The notes: a model not told the origin generated them from the letters alone. Shown: positions 21,172-31,918, numbered from the stretch's first letter. The stretch is DNA of 64,000 bases from Candidatus Sulfomarinibacteraceae bacterium (GCA_963796455.1 CAWCLO010000007.1:64001-128000); one strand, 5' to 3'. Translations and numbers: made by a program.

Positions 21172-22335
21172 ATGAGAGAAGCCGTCATTGTTTCCCGCGC
21201 CCGCACGGCCATCGGCCGCGCCAAGAAGGGCAGCCTGCGAGACACACGCCCCGAATATTTCGCCTCTGAATTGATCAAGGCGCTGGTCGAACGCACCCCC
21301 GGGATCGAGCCCGAAATGGTGTCCGATGTCTTCCTCGGGTGTGCCATGCCCGAGGGCGAACAGGGCATGAACATCGCCCGGATGATCACCCTCGCCGCCG
21401 GGTTTCCGACATCGGTCCCCGCCATCACGATCAACCGCTTCTGCAGTTCAGGATCGCAGACTATCGCGATGGCCGCCGACTCCATTCGGGCCGGTAACGC
21501 CGACATCGTCATAGCCGGCGGTGTGGAGTCGATGTCGATGGTCGCCATGGGTGGCAACAAACCGATCGCCTACCCCGGTCTGATGAAGACCATGCCCAAC
21601 GCCTATGCCGCCATGGGAACTACCGCCGAAATGGTGGCGAAACGCTACGGCATCACCCGCTCCATGCAGGATGAGTTCGCCTATAACTCCCACAGGAAAG
21701 CGGTGGCCGCTCTCGAGAGCGGAAAATTCAATGAAGAGATCGTGCCCCTCGAGGTCAGGACCCGTGAAAACGGCTCCTGGCGCAACTTCACCTTCGACAC
21801 CGACGAGGGCCCACGGGCCGACACGACGGTGGAGGGTCTGGCCAGGCTCAAGCCGGTTTTCGACCCCATGGGCACCGTCACCGCCGGCAACGCATCGCAG
21901 ATCAACGACGGTGCTGCGGCGGTCGTCATCATGGGCTCGGACGTGGCCGAAACCCTCGGGCTGGAACCCATCGCCTACGTCCGCCACTGGGCGGTTGCCG
22001 GAGTCGATCCGGACGTCATGGGCATCGGGCCGGCCTTTGCGGTGCCCAAACTTCTCGACCGGGTCGGTAAAAAACTCGAGGACATCGACCTGATCGAAAT
22101 CAACGAGGCCTTCGCGAGCCAATCGGTCTACTGCGTCAACGAACTCGGTCTCGATCCTGAAAAAACCAACGTCAACGGCGGCGCCATCGCCACCGGCCAC
22201 CCACTCGGTGCCACCGGCGGCGTGCTCACCGTCAAGATTCTGGGTGAGCTCGAACGGACCGGCGGCAAACTCGGCATCGTCACCATGTGTATCGGTGGCG
22301 GAATGGGATTCGCCTACCTGCTCGAAATGGCGTAG
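21172..22335 (+). CDS. fadA: Acetyl-CoA acyltransferase (thiolase)
   Basis: [20 protein letters not shown] and MCIGGG motifs. Confidence 0.95.
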   Translation: MREAVIVSRARTAIGRAKKGSLRDTRPEYFASELIKALVERTPGIEPEMVSDVFLGCAMPEGEQGMNIARMITLAAGFPTSVPAITINRFCSSGSQTIAMAADSIRAGNADIVIAGGVESMSMVAMGGNKPIAYPGLMKTMPNAYAAMGTTAEMVAKRYGITRSMQDEFAYNSHRKAVAALESGKFNEEIVPLEVRTRENGSWRNFTFDTDEGPRADTTVEGLARLKPVFDPMGTVTAGNASQINDGAAAVVIMGSDVAETLGLEPIAYVRHWAVAGVDPDVMGIGPAFAVPKLLDRVGKKLEDIDLIEINEAFASQSVYCVNELGLDPEKTNVNGGAIATGHPLGATGGVLTVKILGELERTGGKLGIVTMCIGGGMGFAYLLEMA

Positions 22336-22355
22336 CCACAGTCAACAGACCGCAC

Positions 22356-22387
22356 AACCCCCGGACCCCGGTTCGGGGGTTTTTTTA
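22356..22387 (+). terminator. Intrinsic terminator after fadA
   Basis: aacccccgga...ttcgggggtt followed by a T run. Confidence 0.8.
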
Positions 22388-22789
22388 TGAGTTTTTGACC
22401 GGCGCCTCTAGCGTGCCCAGGCGCTTTTCAATATTGCGCAGGATCTGGAGCGAGATTGAACGATCGCCAAAGGTCCCCACCTTGATCCGGATCGAGGTGC
22501 TTTCGAAATCCACCGACTGCAGATTGATGCCCACCTTCTTGCCGACCGCCATCCGGGCCGTGATTCGGCCTTTGAGCTGGTCGACGTTGCTGTCGATGGC
22601 CACCAACTCGAGATCTTTGAGGGTCTCCGTCGTGGCATTGACCACGTCGGTCATTGAAGCGCCGAGAGTCGAACGAAGCAGACCTTCCGCCGTGCTGTAA
22701 GTCGCCTCGGTCCCCTCCGGCGTAACGACCGAAGATTTGCATCCGAGAAGGACCCCGAAACACACCGCGACAATCAATATTTTCTTCAT
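22385..22789 (-). CDS. Lipoprotein, DUF3568-like
   Basis: Lipobox LLGC; IRIKVGTFGD motif. Confidence 0.75.
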   Translation of the reverse strand: MKKILIVAVCFGVLLGCKSSVVTPEGTEATYSTAEGLLRSTLGASMTDVVNATTETLKDLELVAIDSNVDQLKGRITARMAVGKKVGINLQSVDFESTSIRIKVGTFGDRSISLQILRNIEKRLGTLEAPVKNS

Positions 22790-22892
22790 ATTGGGAACCC
22801 TACCCGCTTGACTCAGAAAAGTCGAGTGACCCGCACCACATGAACTTGTCGGGCGACCCGAACAGAGGTACTCTCACCGACGGAGGTGTCGG

Positions 22893-24209
22893 ATGGCAGG
22901 GAAGGTCGGTGTGCGGCGCGAAACCAAGAGCACGTGGGAGCGGCGCACTGCTCTGACGCCCGAACTCGCGCGTAAACTCATTCTCCAGAATGACATCGAG
23001 GTTCATGTGCAACCATCCTCCCGACGCGTGTTCCGCGACAATGAATACGTCCGGGTGGGGGCCCGGATGACCGAAAACCTGTCCGACGTGCCGATTGTCC
23101 TCGGTGTCAAAGAGATTCCTTCTGAACTGCTGGAAAAAGAAACCGCCTATGTCTTTTTCTCACACGTCGTCAAGGGCCAGCCCTACAACATGCCGATGTT
23201 GCAGAAAATCCTCGACCTCCGCTGCACCTTGATCGACTATGAAAAGATCGCCGACGACTCCGGCCGCAGGTTGATTTTCTTTGGTCGCTTTGCCGGTCTC
23301 GCCGGGATGATCGACTCGTTGTGGGCCCTCGGTCGACGCCTCCAGGTCGAGAGAATTCGCACACCGCTGGCCGACCTCGAGCCGACCCACAGCTATCCGA
23401 GCCTGCACGACGCCAAACTCGCCATCCGGGCCGCCGGAGAACGCATCGCCTCCGAAGGCCTGCCCCCCGAACTGACCCCGTTCACCATCGGAATCGCCGG
23501 TTACGGCAACGTCGCCGCGGGAGTGCGCGAGATCCTGGCAGAACTGCCGACCCGGGAAGTGGCGCCCGAGGGTCTGGCCGATACCTTTGCGGATCCGAGC
23601 CCACACTGCATCTACCAGACCACCTTTCGCGAGGAACATCTCGTCGAGCCGATCGATGAGGACCGGCCCTTCGTTCTCCAGGACTACTACGATCACCCGG
23701 AAGGATATCGCTCGGTTTTCAGCGCCTATCTACCGCATCTGACCGTGCTCATGAACTGCAACTATTGGGATGAACGGTATCCGCGGCTGGTGACCAAAGA
23801 ACATCTCAAAACCCTCTTCGCACCCGGTGCCGAGCACCGCCCCAAGATCATCGGCGACCTCGGTTGTGATGTTGAAGGTGCCATCGAATGCACCCTCAAA
23901 TGCACCGAACCGGCCGATCCGATCTACGTCTATGATCCGGCCACGGGCACCATCGAGAGCGGAATCGATGGCAAGGGTCCGGTGATCCTCGCGGTGGATA
24001 TTCTGCCTGCCGAGCTGCCGCGTGAAGCATCCGAGGAGTTCTCCAGCGCCCTGGCTAAATTTTTGCCCGCCCTGGCCCGGGCGGATTACAGCCTCCCCTT
24101 CAATGATCTCGACCTGCCCCCGGAAATCCACCGCGCGGTGATCGCCCATCGCGGCCGCCTGACCCCGGACTACACCTACCTCGAGGACCATCTGCAAAAA
24201 ATTGGTTGA
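22893..24209 (+). CDS. Lysine-ketoglutarate reductase-like protein (AlaDH/PNT fold)
   Basis: RRETKSTWERRTALTP, FFSHVVKGQPYNM, DYEKI and AVDILPAELPREAS motifs. Confidence 0.85.
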   Translation: MAGKVGVRRETKSTWERRTALTPELARKLILQNDIEVHVQPSSRRVFRDNEYVRVGARMTENLSDVPIVLGVKEIPSELLEKETAYVFFSHVVKGQPYNMPMLQKILDLRCTLIDYEKIADDSGRRLIFFGRFAGLAGMIDSLWALGRRLQVERIRTPLADLEPTHSYPSLHDAKLAIRAAGERIASEGLPPELTPFTIGIAGYGNVAAGVREILAELPTREVAPEGLADTFADPSPHCIYQTTFREEHLVEPIDEDRPFVLQDYYDHPEGYRSVFSAYLPHLTVLMNCNYWDERYPRLVTKEHLKTLFAPGAEHRPKIIGDLGCDVEGAIECTLKCTEPADPIYVYDPATGTIESGIDGKGPVILAVDILPAELPREASEEFSSALAKFLPALARADYSLPFNDLDLPPEIHRAVIAHRGRLTPDYTYLEDHLQKIG

Positions 24210-24340
24210 TTTGCGCAACAGGACAGGTTAACGTCGTGACCGTTCCGCAGTGCCGGGCCTTCGGGTCCAACGCCACGGACATTCAATTCATTCGTCGAGA
24301 GCTCCGGCTCTCCGCGACAAAATCCATTTATCCCTGATCT
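24210..24340 (+). ncRNA. Candidate structured RNA, family not recognised
   Basis: Closing stem gtcgtg/cgcgac; hairpins gggcc-TTCG-ggtcc and gagagc-TCCG-gctctc; terminator follows. Confidence 0.35.
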
Positions 24341-24342
24341 CT

Positions 24343-24404
24343 CCGGGTCTCCCGACCCGGTTTTTTTGTGTCTGGCGCGCAGCGCCAGACACAAAAAAAC
24401 CGGG
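24343..24404 (+). terminator. Terminator hairpin overlapped by a 23-bp perfect inverted repeat
   Basis: ccgggtc-tccc-gacccgg-T7 (24343-24367); IR arms 24356-24378 and 24382-24404. Confidence 0.75.
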
Positions 24405-24583
24405 GCTTGAGGCTTGGGACCTGGGGCTTGGGGATCGAACCCGCGTCCGAACCACCTCTGGTGCCCAGATTGTGGTGCAGGCGTCCCGCCTGCATTCTGT
24501 GCGGCCGGGACGGCCGCACCACCATGAGTTCCTCTCCCCTTCCCCCTTTCTCCCTTTCTCCTCTGCCCCTCTGCCCCTCTGCC
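24402..24583. repeat. Heptamer tract + stand-alone REP-like doublet (24472-24522) + pyrimidine octamer tract
   Basis: ggggcttgaggcttgggacctggggcttgggg; gtggtgcaggcgtcccgcctgca-ttct-gtgcggccgggacggccgcaccac; (ctgcccct)n. Confidence 0.8.
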
Positions 24584-24645
24584 TGATCCGGACGCGGGTG
24601 GATGCAACCGCGATGCCTGCTACGATCGGAGACGAGGGGGCTGCC

Positions 24646-25707
24646 ATGCAGTTCATTGAGAGATTCTCCCGCTGGGAAGGCATCATCTTCGGCTTCGTCG
24701 TGGGAGTTGCAGCGACAATCGTCGGCTCCATGGCCTACAACGAGGTCAACGGTCTGCTCGCGGTGTCACAGTTCAAACGCAGCCTCCACAATCAGCAACT
24801 CGATCGTCTTTCGGTACTGATGGAAGCGGAACTCGCGACGGCGACCAACGCCATGATCGACGGCGTCCCCCTCGAACTCAGCCACTACCTCGCCACCCAG
24901 TACATGCCAAAGCTCTATGCCCACCACATGACCTACGCGATGACGCTCCTCAAAAACGAGGACGTGCTCAAGTTCAACGCCCTCCGCCGTAACTCGCCTT
25001 TCCTGACCTTCAATCTGGTGCAACGGGACTTCACCGGACTCGATCTTCAGGGGGCCGATTTCTCGGGCGCCGAATTGACCGGCACGAAATTCACCGAGTG
25101 TAATCTCGAGGACGCCTCGTTCTGGGTCGCCGAAATGCCACGGGCCAATCTCACCCGAGCCAACATCACCAACGCTAATTTCAGCAACGCGATTCTGTCC
25201 AGTGCGATCCTCAGCGGGATCCGTGGCGAGAACGCGAACTTCGAAGGCGCCGTACTCGTTGACGCCTCCATGGTCAATGTGGACGGTCTCAGAACCGCCA
25301 ACTTCTCGGGTGCCGAACTGTCCCAGGCCAATCTTTTCGACTCGAGTTTTCCCGATGCACGTTTCGACGGTGCCGACTTCACTCTCGCTTCCGCCGTCGG
25401 TTCCGATTTCGAAAGGGTCCAGAGCATGAATGACGTCAACCTCACCGGCGCCAATCTCACCGGGGCACGGCTCGATCCGGAGCGGGTCGAACGTGCCTGG
25501 TTCGTGAACGCCGACGGCATTCAACCCAGCGTCGCCAACGGACTCCGACGCGCCGGCGGCGTCGCCCGTCCCGAAGAGGTCCTGCAACATGTCGACGACC
25601 GAATTATCGCCGGCTTCCGAGCCCAGATCGAGGAGGACGACTCGATTCGCCCGCAGGATCGAGAGGCGGTTTTGTTATTGATGCTCCAGGAGTATTACCT
25701 CCGCTGA
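24646..25707 (+). CDS. Membrane-anchored pentapeptide repeat protein
   Basis: N-terminal TM helix; many A(D/N)(F/L)xx repeats; GAGGGG RBS. Confidence 0.85.
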   Translation: MQFIERFSRWEGIIFGFVVGVAATIVGSMAYNEVNGLLAVSQFKRSLHNQQLDRLSVLMEAELATATNAMIDGVPLELSHYLATQYMPKLYAHHMTYAMTLLKNEDVLKFNALRRNSPFLTFNLVQRDFTGLDLQGADFSGAELTGTKFTECNLEDASFWVAEMPRANLTRANITNANFSNAILSSAILSGIRGENANFEGAVLVDASMVNVDGLRTANFSGAELSQANLFDSSFPDARFDGADFTLASAVGSDFERVQSMNDVNLTGANLTGARLDPERVERAWFVNADGIQPSVANGLRRAGGVARPEEVLQHVDDRIIAGFRAQIEEDDSIRPQDREAVLLLMLQEYYLR

Positions 25708-25737
25708 CCTGATCTGAGAACAAAGGCTCCTGATTTC

Positions 25738-26622
25738 ATGCGCTACGAAGGCACCGTCTACAGACCACCGAGCGAAGCGGGCTCGCTGATCATCCAGGCC
25801 ACGATCGGGTGCCCCCACAACCTTTGTGCTTTTTGTTCGATGTATTCGGACAAGGAGTTCCGCGCCAGGCCGACGGCGGAGGTGATCGAAGATCTCGACG
25901 AAGCCGTCAGAATCTGTGGTCAGGATGTTCGGACGATTTTCCTTGCCGACGGCAACACGGCAGCCCTTTCCACCAATCGGCTGGTGTCGATCGGCAAGGC
26001 CGCCTGCGAGAGATTTCCCGACCTGCAGCGGATCACCGTTTACGGCTCGGCCCGTTTCCTGGCAAAAAAGAGCCGCGAGGAATGGCAGCAGATCTCCGCA
26101 GCCGGCATCACCCGGATACACACCGGTCTCGAGTCGGGTGACCCGGTCACCCTCGAGGACATCCGGAAGGGTGTCACTCCGAAGCAGGCTGTGGCGGCCT
26201 TCAACCATGTCAGAGCAGCCGGTATCGAGCTTTCCGTGTACCTGATGATCGGCGTGGCCGGCACCGAGCGGTCAGAAGAACACGCACTGGGTTCGGCGAC
26301 GGTCCTCAATCAGGCCTCGCCCGATTTCATTCGGCTGCGGACCTTCGTTCCGGCACTGGGAACCGAGTGGTGCGAGCGTTGGAAGCGCGGCGATCTGACC
26401 CTGCTCGACGCCTACCAGGCGCTGGCGGAGACCCGTCTACTCATTGAAAGCCTGCATGGACCAAGCTCGTTGCTATCCGATCACATCTCGAATTTTCTCG
26501 ACGTCAAAGGTCTTGTTCCCGATGACAAAGCGGCGATGCTCGAGCACATCGACGAGGCCCTCACCTGGCCGCTCTCGGCGTTCCGGCCACCGACCGAAAG
26601 GCTGATTCGCCTGACTCTGTAG
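25738..26622 (+). CDS. Radical SAM protein
   Basis: CPHNLCAFC (CxxxCxxC); YRPPSEA, FLADGN and SDHISN motifs. Confidence 0.9.
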   Translation: MRYEGTVYRPPSEAGSLIIQATIGCPHNLCAFCSMYSDKEFRARPTAEVIEDLDEAVRICGQDVRTIFLADGNTAALSTNRLVSIGKAACERFPDLQRITVYGSARFLAKKSREEWQQISAAGITRIHTGLESGDPVTLEDIRKGVTPKQAVAAFNHVRAAGIELSVYLMIGVAGTERSEEHALGSATVLNQASPDFIRLRTFVPALGTEWCERWKRGDLTLLDAYQALAETRLLIESLHGPSSLLSDHISNFLDVKGLVPDDKAAMLEHIDEALTWPLSAFRPPTERLIRLTL

Positions 26623-26674
26623 CTGGGTGCCGCACCGTGATACCTTCTACTATCGAGACTGTCGAGGGGGTTCC

Positions 26675-27655
26675 ATGGCGCAGGTTTTCAAGACGAGAGT
26701 GACCGAAGATTTCGGCATCGATCATCCGATCATCCAGGGCGGGATGATGTGGGTTTCGCAGCCCGAACTCGTGGCTGCAGTCTCCGAAGCCGGTGGGCTC
26801 GGTATTCTGACCGCGCTCACCTTCGAAACGGCAGAGGGCGTGGCAGACGCCATCGCCAGAACCCGCGCCCTCACCGACAAACCTTTCGGAATCAATCTCA
26901 CCTTTCTTCCGACCCTGGTCCCCAAAGATTACGGCAGCCTCATCGATGCCTTTGTCGATGCCGGAATCGAGATCGTGGAGACCGCCGGCCGCAACCCCGA
27001 GCCCTATCTGGAACGCATCAAAAAGGGCGGCGCCAAAGTCATCCACAAGTGCACCTCGGTTCGGTTTGCGCGCAAGGCGGAGGCTATTGGTTGCGACTAC
27101 GTCAGCATCGATGGCTGCGAGTGCGCCGGACATCCAGGGGAAGAGGACATCACGTCCCTGGTGCTCATCCCCGTGACCGTCGATGCCATCAAGATCCCCG
27201 TCATCGCTTCGGGAGGATTTGCCGACGCCCGGGGTCTCGTCGCCGCCCTGGCCCTCGGTGCGGAGGCCATGAACATGGGCACCCGTTTTGTCGCGACTCA
27301 GGAAGCGCCGGCTCATGACAATGTCAAACAGTGGATCGTGGATGCCTCCGAAACCGACACCATGTATGTCATGCGTTCACTGCGAAATACCGAACGGGTG
27401 CTGCGCAACGAGATCTCTGAAAAGGTGGTCGAACTGGAAAGCCAGGGCGCCGGCATTCAGCAACTCGCACCACTGGTCACCGGCCAGAATGGTCTCCGGG
27501 TCCTCAAAGACGGGGAAACAGATGTCGGACTCATGGCCGCCGGCCAATCGGTTGGTCTGGTGCACGACGTCCCGACCGTTCAGGCATTGATCGACACCAT
27601 TATCTCCGAGGCCCGGGAAATCGTCGGCGACCGTCTCGCTGGGATGACCCCCTGA
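26675..27655 (+). CDS. Nitronate monooxygenase / FabK-like flavoprotein
   Basis: PIIQGGM, ECAGHPG, ASGGFAD and MGTRF motifs. Confidence 0.9.
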   Translation: MAQVFKTRVTEDFGIDHPIIQGGMMWVSQPELVAAVSEAGGLGILTALTFETAEGVADAIARTRALTDKPFGINLTFLPTLVPKDYGSLIDAFVDAGIEIVETAGRNPEPYLERIKKGGAKVIHKCTSVRFARKAEAIGCDYVSIDGCECAGHPGEEDITSLVLIPVTVDAIKIPVIASGGFADARGLVAALALGAEAMNMGTRFVATQEAPAHDNVKQWIVDASETDTMYVMRSLRNTERVLRNEISEKVVELESQGAGIQQLAPLVTGQNGLRVLKDGETDVGLMAAGQSVGLVHDVPTVQALIDTIISEAREIVGDRLAGMTP

Positions 27656-27658
27656 GTC

Positions 27659-30238
27659 ATGACCGACTCTATTCATAATCTGGGATCCCGAGTCCCCAAA
27701 GGTGGGGTCTCGGGTCCTGACCAGGTTTTCGATATCTTCCTCGATTGGGCGACGGAGGTTGGATTCGATCTTTACCCTGCCCAGGAAGAGGCGCTGCTCG
27801 AGCTGATGGCCGATCGCCACGTAGTGCTCGACACACCGACCGGGTCCGGAAAGTCGCTCGTCGCTCTCGGGCTGCAGTTCCGGGGTCTGTGTGAAGGCCG
27901 CAGGAGCTATTACACGACACCGATCAAGGCCCTCGCAAGCGAAAAGTTTTTTTCCCTCTGTTCGGAACTCGGGGCCGACAACGTGGGCATGTTGACCGGC
28001 GATGCCAGCATCAACCCCGATGCATCGGTCATCTGCTGCACCGCCGAGGTGCTGGCGAATCTGGCGCTCCGCAAGGGGGAAAGCCTCGACGCCCCCTACG
28101 TGATCATGGATGAGTTCCACTACTACGCGGATCGCGACCGCGGGTGGGCGTGGCAGGTACCGCTGATCAGCCTGCCAAAGACCCAGTTCCTCCTGATGTC
28201 GGCCACCCTCGGCGATATGAGCGTGATCATCGAAAAGATCGAGGAAAATACCGGCCGCGAGGCATCCCTCGTCCATTCCGACGTGCGACCCGTGCCGCTC
28301 GATTTTCTCTACCGGGAGACCCCGATTCACGAGACCATCGAGCATCTGATGGAGGTCGACAAGGCGCCGATTTATCTGGTCAATTTCACCCAGCGCGAGT
28401 GTGCCGAGACCGCCCAGAAGCTGACCAGCATGAAGCTCACGACCAAGGAGGAGAAAGCCGCCATTCGCGACGCCGTCGGCGACACCCGCTTCGACACTCC
28501 TTACGGCAAGGAGTTCAAACGATTCCTCGGTTTCGGCATCGGCGTTCACCACGCCGGGCTGCTGCCGAAATACCGCCTCCAGGTCGAACAGCTCGCCCAG
28601 AAGGGCATGCTCAAAGTGATCTCCGGCACCGACACGCTGGGCGTCGGCATCAACATCCCGCTCCGAACCGTGCTCTTCACGAAGCTCGCCAAGTACGACG
28701 GCCGCAAGGTGGGACGGCTCAAGGTTCGCGAGTTCAAACAGATCGCCGGCCGGGCCGGGCGCAAGGGCTTCGATGACGAGGGCAGCGTCGTGGTCCAGGC
28801 ACCGGAAGAGACGATCGAGCGACTCAAGGAGCAACGCAAGGCCGCAGCTGATCCCAAAAGGAAACGTAAAAGTCCACGAAAACAGCCCAAAGCAGGCGAG
28901 GTCTCGTGGTCGGAAGACACCTTCAAGAAACTTGTCGCCGATCCTCCGGAGCGGCTCGTCTCACGATTTCGAATCACTCCCGGGATGTTGGTCGATCTGC
29001 TGCAGAAGGATGCCGCCACCAACGATCCCGAGGCCGGGAATTTTCACTCGGTTCGTGAGTTGATCAGGGGCTGCCACGATGACGAAGCCGGGAAAATGAG
29101 CCATCTCGAGCGCGCCGCCCAACTCGCCCGATCGCTCTACCGGGCCGACATCATCCGAATGGAACGCGATACCACCGGCCGCTACCTTTGGGTCACGGTG
29201 GATGAGGACCTCCAGGTCGACTTCTCTCTCTTTCACAATCTATCGCTCTTTCTGATCGGGGCCATCGAAGGGCTGGACCCCGAAAACCCGGAGCACTCCC
29301 TCGACCTGCTCAGCCTGGTGGAGTCGGTCCTCGAAGACCCGGTGATCATCCTCCGCCGCCAGGTCGACCGTTTGAAGACCGAGCTCATCAATCGCCTCAA
29401 GGCCGAGGGGGTGTCCTACGACGAGCGAATGAACCGGCTCGACGAGGTGACCCACCCGCAACCAATCGCCGATTACATCCACGCCGCCTTCGATCATTTC
29501 TGCCGCGACCACCCGTGGGTCGGCGGTGATCTGGTGCGGCCAAAGTCGGTGGCGCGCGAGATGGTGGAGGAATATCTCAGTTTTACCGACTACGTCCGCA
29601 AATACGGGCTCCAGCGTTCCGAAGGGGTCCTCCTCCGCTATCTGTCGCAGGTCTACAAGACCCTCGACCAGAACGTGCCGGATCAGATCAAGACCGAGGA
29701 CGTCAACGACCTCATCGCCTTCCTGCGCGCCATGCTCGAACGGGTGGACACCAGTCTCATCGAGGAGTGGGAATCGCTACGCCACCCCGAACTCATCCTC
29801 GAAGGCGAAGGAGACGCCAAAACAGTTCATCGGCTACTTGCCGCCAGAGAGCTTCGATCGGACCCGCAGCGCCTGGCCTCGAGACTGCGGGCCGAGATGC
29901 ACCTGCTGGTGGCCGCCCTCAGCCACCGCGATTGGGAGGAGGCTTCGGCCTGCGTTCGTAGGAGCGGCGACCATCCTTCAGCCCTGACCACGCCCGAAGA
30001 TTTCGCCGAAGCGCTGGCTCCGTTTTATGAGGAATTTGATCAGCTGAGGTTTGATCACCAGGCCCGTTTGACCGAACACACTCAAATCAGTGAAACCGGC
30101 AACAACAGATGGAAGGTGGTTCAGATCCTGGTCGATCCCGAAGACGACAATCTGTGGCACATCGAGGGCGAGGTGGATCTTTCGGACGAGGCGAGCATCG
30201 AAGGGCCGCTTGTCGCGGTGAAGCGAATCGGGACATAG
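27659..30238 (+). CDS. DEAD/DEAH-box (Ski2-like) helicase with DUF3516-type C-terminus
   Basis: PTGSGKS, DEFH, SAT, HHAGLLP and QIAGRAGR motifs. Confidence 0.9.
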   Translation: MTDSIHNLGSRVPKGGVSGPDQVFDIFLDWATEVGFDLYPAQEEALLELMADRHVVLDTPTGSGKSLVALGLQFRGLCEGRRSYYTTPIKALASEKFFSLCSELGADNVGMLTGDASINPDASVICCTAEVLANLALRKGESLDAPYVIMDEFHYYADRDRGWAWQVPLISLPKTQFLLMSATLGDMSVIIEKIEENTGREASLVHSDVRPVPLDFLYRETPIHETIEHLMEVDKAPIYLVNFTQRECAETAQKLTSMKLTTKEEKAAIRDAVGDTRFDTPYGKEFKRFLGFGIGVHHAGLLPKYRLQVEQLAQKGMLKVISGTDTLGVGINIPLRTVLFTKLAKYDGRKVGRLKVREFKQIAGRAGRKGFDDEGSVVVQAPEETIERLKEQRKAAADPKRKRKSPRKQPKAGEVSWSEDTFKKLVADPPERLVSRFRITPGMLVDLLQKDAATNDPEAGNFHSVRELIRGCHDDEAGKMSHLERAAQLARSLYRADIIRMERDTTGRYLWVTVDEDLQVDFSLFHNLSLFLIGAIEGLDPENPEHSLDLLSLVESVLEDPVIILRRQVDRLKTELINRLKAEGVSYDERMNRLDEVTHPQPIADYIHAAFDHFCRDHPWVGGDLVRPKSVAREMVEEYLSFTDYVRKYGLQRSEGVLLRYLSQVYKTLDQNVPDQIKTEDVNDLIAFLRAMLERVDTSLIEEWESLRHPELILEGEGDAKTVHRLLAARELRSDPQRLASRLRAEMHLLVAALSHRDWEEASACVRRSGDHPSALTTPEDFAEALAPFYEEFDQLRFDHQARLTEHTQISETGNNRWKVVQILVDPEDDNLWHIEGEVDLSDEASIEGPLVAVKRIGT

Positions 30239-30240
30239 GG

Positions 30241-30324
<84 letters not shown>

Positions 30325-30334
30325 GGGGCCGAGT

Positions 30335-30838
30335 TCAGTCCGTTTTCACAAACGCCAAGACTTTGCGGTCTTTTGTAACTCCCGGAAACTGCAACACCCG
30401 ATTGTGCATCGCCACAAAGACCCCCCGGCCGACGAGCCGCGCGGCGAGGAGCGCTTCGATCACGTTCTGCTTGGCATCGGTGTCGCGAAATTCGTAGGGA
30501 CGCATCGCGCCGGTCAGAACCACCGGGATTTCGAGATCGCCGCACTCTCGGCACAACAACTCCCCGGTGTCCTCGAGGGTGTCGGTTCCGTGCAGGATGA
30601 CGATTGCGTCTGATTCGGGAGCGGCATCAAGCACTGCCTGAGCCACGATTTCTCGATCCTCTTCGGTCATATCGAGAGAGTCCTTGTGCATGACATCGAC
30701 ATGGCTGATCACGAGGTCGGGAAGCCGCAAACCGTCCAGGATCACATCCAGGACCGTGTGCTCGTTGCGCAAGCGCCCCTGGAATTCATCATAGGTTTTG
30801 TCGATTGTGCCACCGGTCGTCAGGATCGTCAGTCGCAT
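30335..30838 (-). CDS. Short asparaginase (N-terminal domain only)
   Basis: TTGGTIDK, HGTDTL and LTGAMRP motifs. Confidence 0.88.
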   Translation of the reverse strand: MRLTILTTGGTIDKTYDEFQGRLRNEHTVLDVILDGLRLPDLVISHVDVMHKDSLDMTEEDREIVAQAVLDAAPESDAIVILHGTDTLEDTGELLCRECGDLEIPVVLTGAMRPYEFRDTDAKQNVIEALLAARLVGRGVFVAMHNRVLQFPGVTKDRKVLAFVKTD

Positions 30839-30857
30839 ATCTTCCTCACTGAAGCAC

Positions 30858-30957
30858 TCCGAGTTCGGAGTTCGGAATTCCCGGTCACCAATTGGTGCGA
30901 GCCGGCAACCCAGAATCAAGAGACAATTCCGAACTCCGAACTCCGAACTCCGAACTC
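30858..30957. repeat. Inverted heptamer pair GGAGTTC / GAACTCC around a ~45 bp core
   Basis: gagttcggagttcggaattcc ... aattccgaactccgaactccgaactccgaactc; right arm overlaps the kdsD stop. Confidence 0.85.
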
Positions 30958-31918
30958 AAAATAGTCCAACCCCCCACAAATCGTGCACGTGAAGCACCCC
31001 TTTCACCGGGGCCTCGCCATCACAGACCATGAGGGAGGTGATGCGTTTTTCTTCGAGCAGCTTGAGGGCTGCCGTCGCCAACTCACCCGGAGGGATACAC
31101 ACCCCGCCGCGATGCATCACCTCACCGGCCGTCCGCGCCATCGGGTTCTCGTCACGCTCCATCAAGCGCCGGAGGTCACCATCCGTGACGATCCCGAGCA
31201 ACCGCCCCTCGTCATCTTGGACCGTGGTCAGACCGAGACCCTTGCGGCTCATCTCGTAGATCACGTCCTTCATGGTGGTGCCTTCAGCTACGCGCGGAAT
31301 ATCGTCGCCTGAATGCATCAGGTCTGCGACCGTGAGGAATTTTTTCCCCAATTTGCCACCGGGATGCAGACGGGCAAAATCTTCTTCTTTGAAGCCCTTT
31401 GTGACCGATACCGCCATCGCCAACGCATCGCCGAGCGCGAGACTGGCGGTGGTGGAGGCGGTCGGCGCAAGATTCATCGGACATGCTTCGCGCCGCACCC
31501 CCACATCGAGGTGGAGATCGGCGGCGGTGGCCAGCGCGGAACCGGGGCTCGAGGTCACGGTGATGAGCGAGACTCCAATACGACGCAGAACGGCCAACAA
31601 ATTGAGGATCTCCTCGGTGGTACCCGAGTTGGAAACCGCCACAACCAGATCTTCTTCGGTCACCATCCCGAGATCGCCGTGAATTGCCTCCGCCGGGTGC
31701 ATGAAGAGCGCCGGGGTCCCGGTCGATCGCATCGTGGCCGCGATCTTGCGGCAGATGATCCCCGACTTGCCCATCCCGGTCCAGATGACGCGGCCCCGGC
31801 ACTCGGTGATCATCTCCACCGCCCGGTCGAATTCTTCGCCCAGGCTCTCCATCAGGTTTCTGATGGCGTTGGCCTCGGTCTCGAGCACCTGGCGGGCGAC
31901 ATCCCGGTTCACCGGCAC
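30956..31918 (-). CDS. kdsD: Arabinose-5-phosphate isomerase (KpsF/GutQ; SIS + 2 CBS)
   Basis: GMGKSG, HGDLG, APTASTT and HPGGKLG motifs. Confidence 0.95.
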   Translation of the reverse strand: MPVNRDVARQVLETEANAIRNLMESLGEEFDRAVEMITECRGRVIWTGMGKSGIICRKIAATMRSTGTPALFMHPAEAIHGDLGMVTEEDLVVAVSNSGTTEEILNLLAVLRRIGVSLITVTSSPGSALATAADLHLDVGVRREACPMNLAPTASTTASLALGDALAMAVSVTKGFKEEDFARLHPGGKLGKKFLTVADLMHSGDDIPRVAEGTTMKDVIYEMSRKGLGLTTVQDDEGRLLGIVTDGDLRRLMERDENPMARTAGEVMHRGGVCIPPGELATAALKLLEEKRITSLMVCDGEAPVKGVLHVHDLWGVGLF

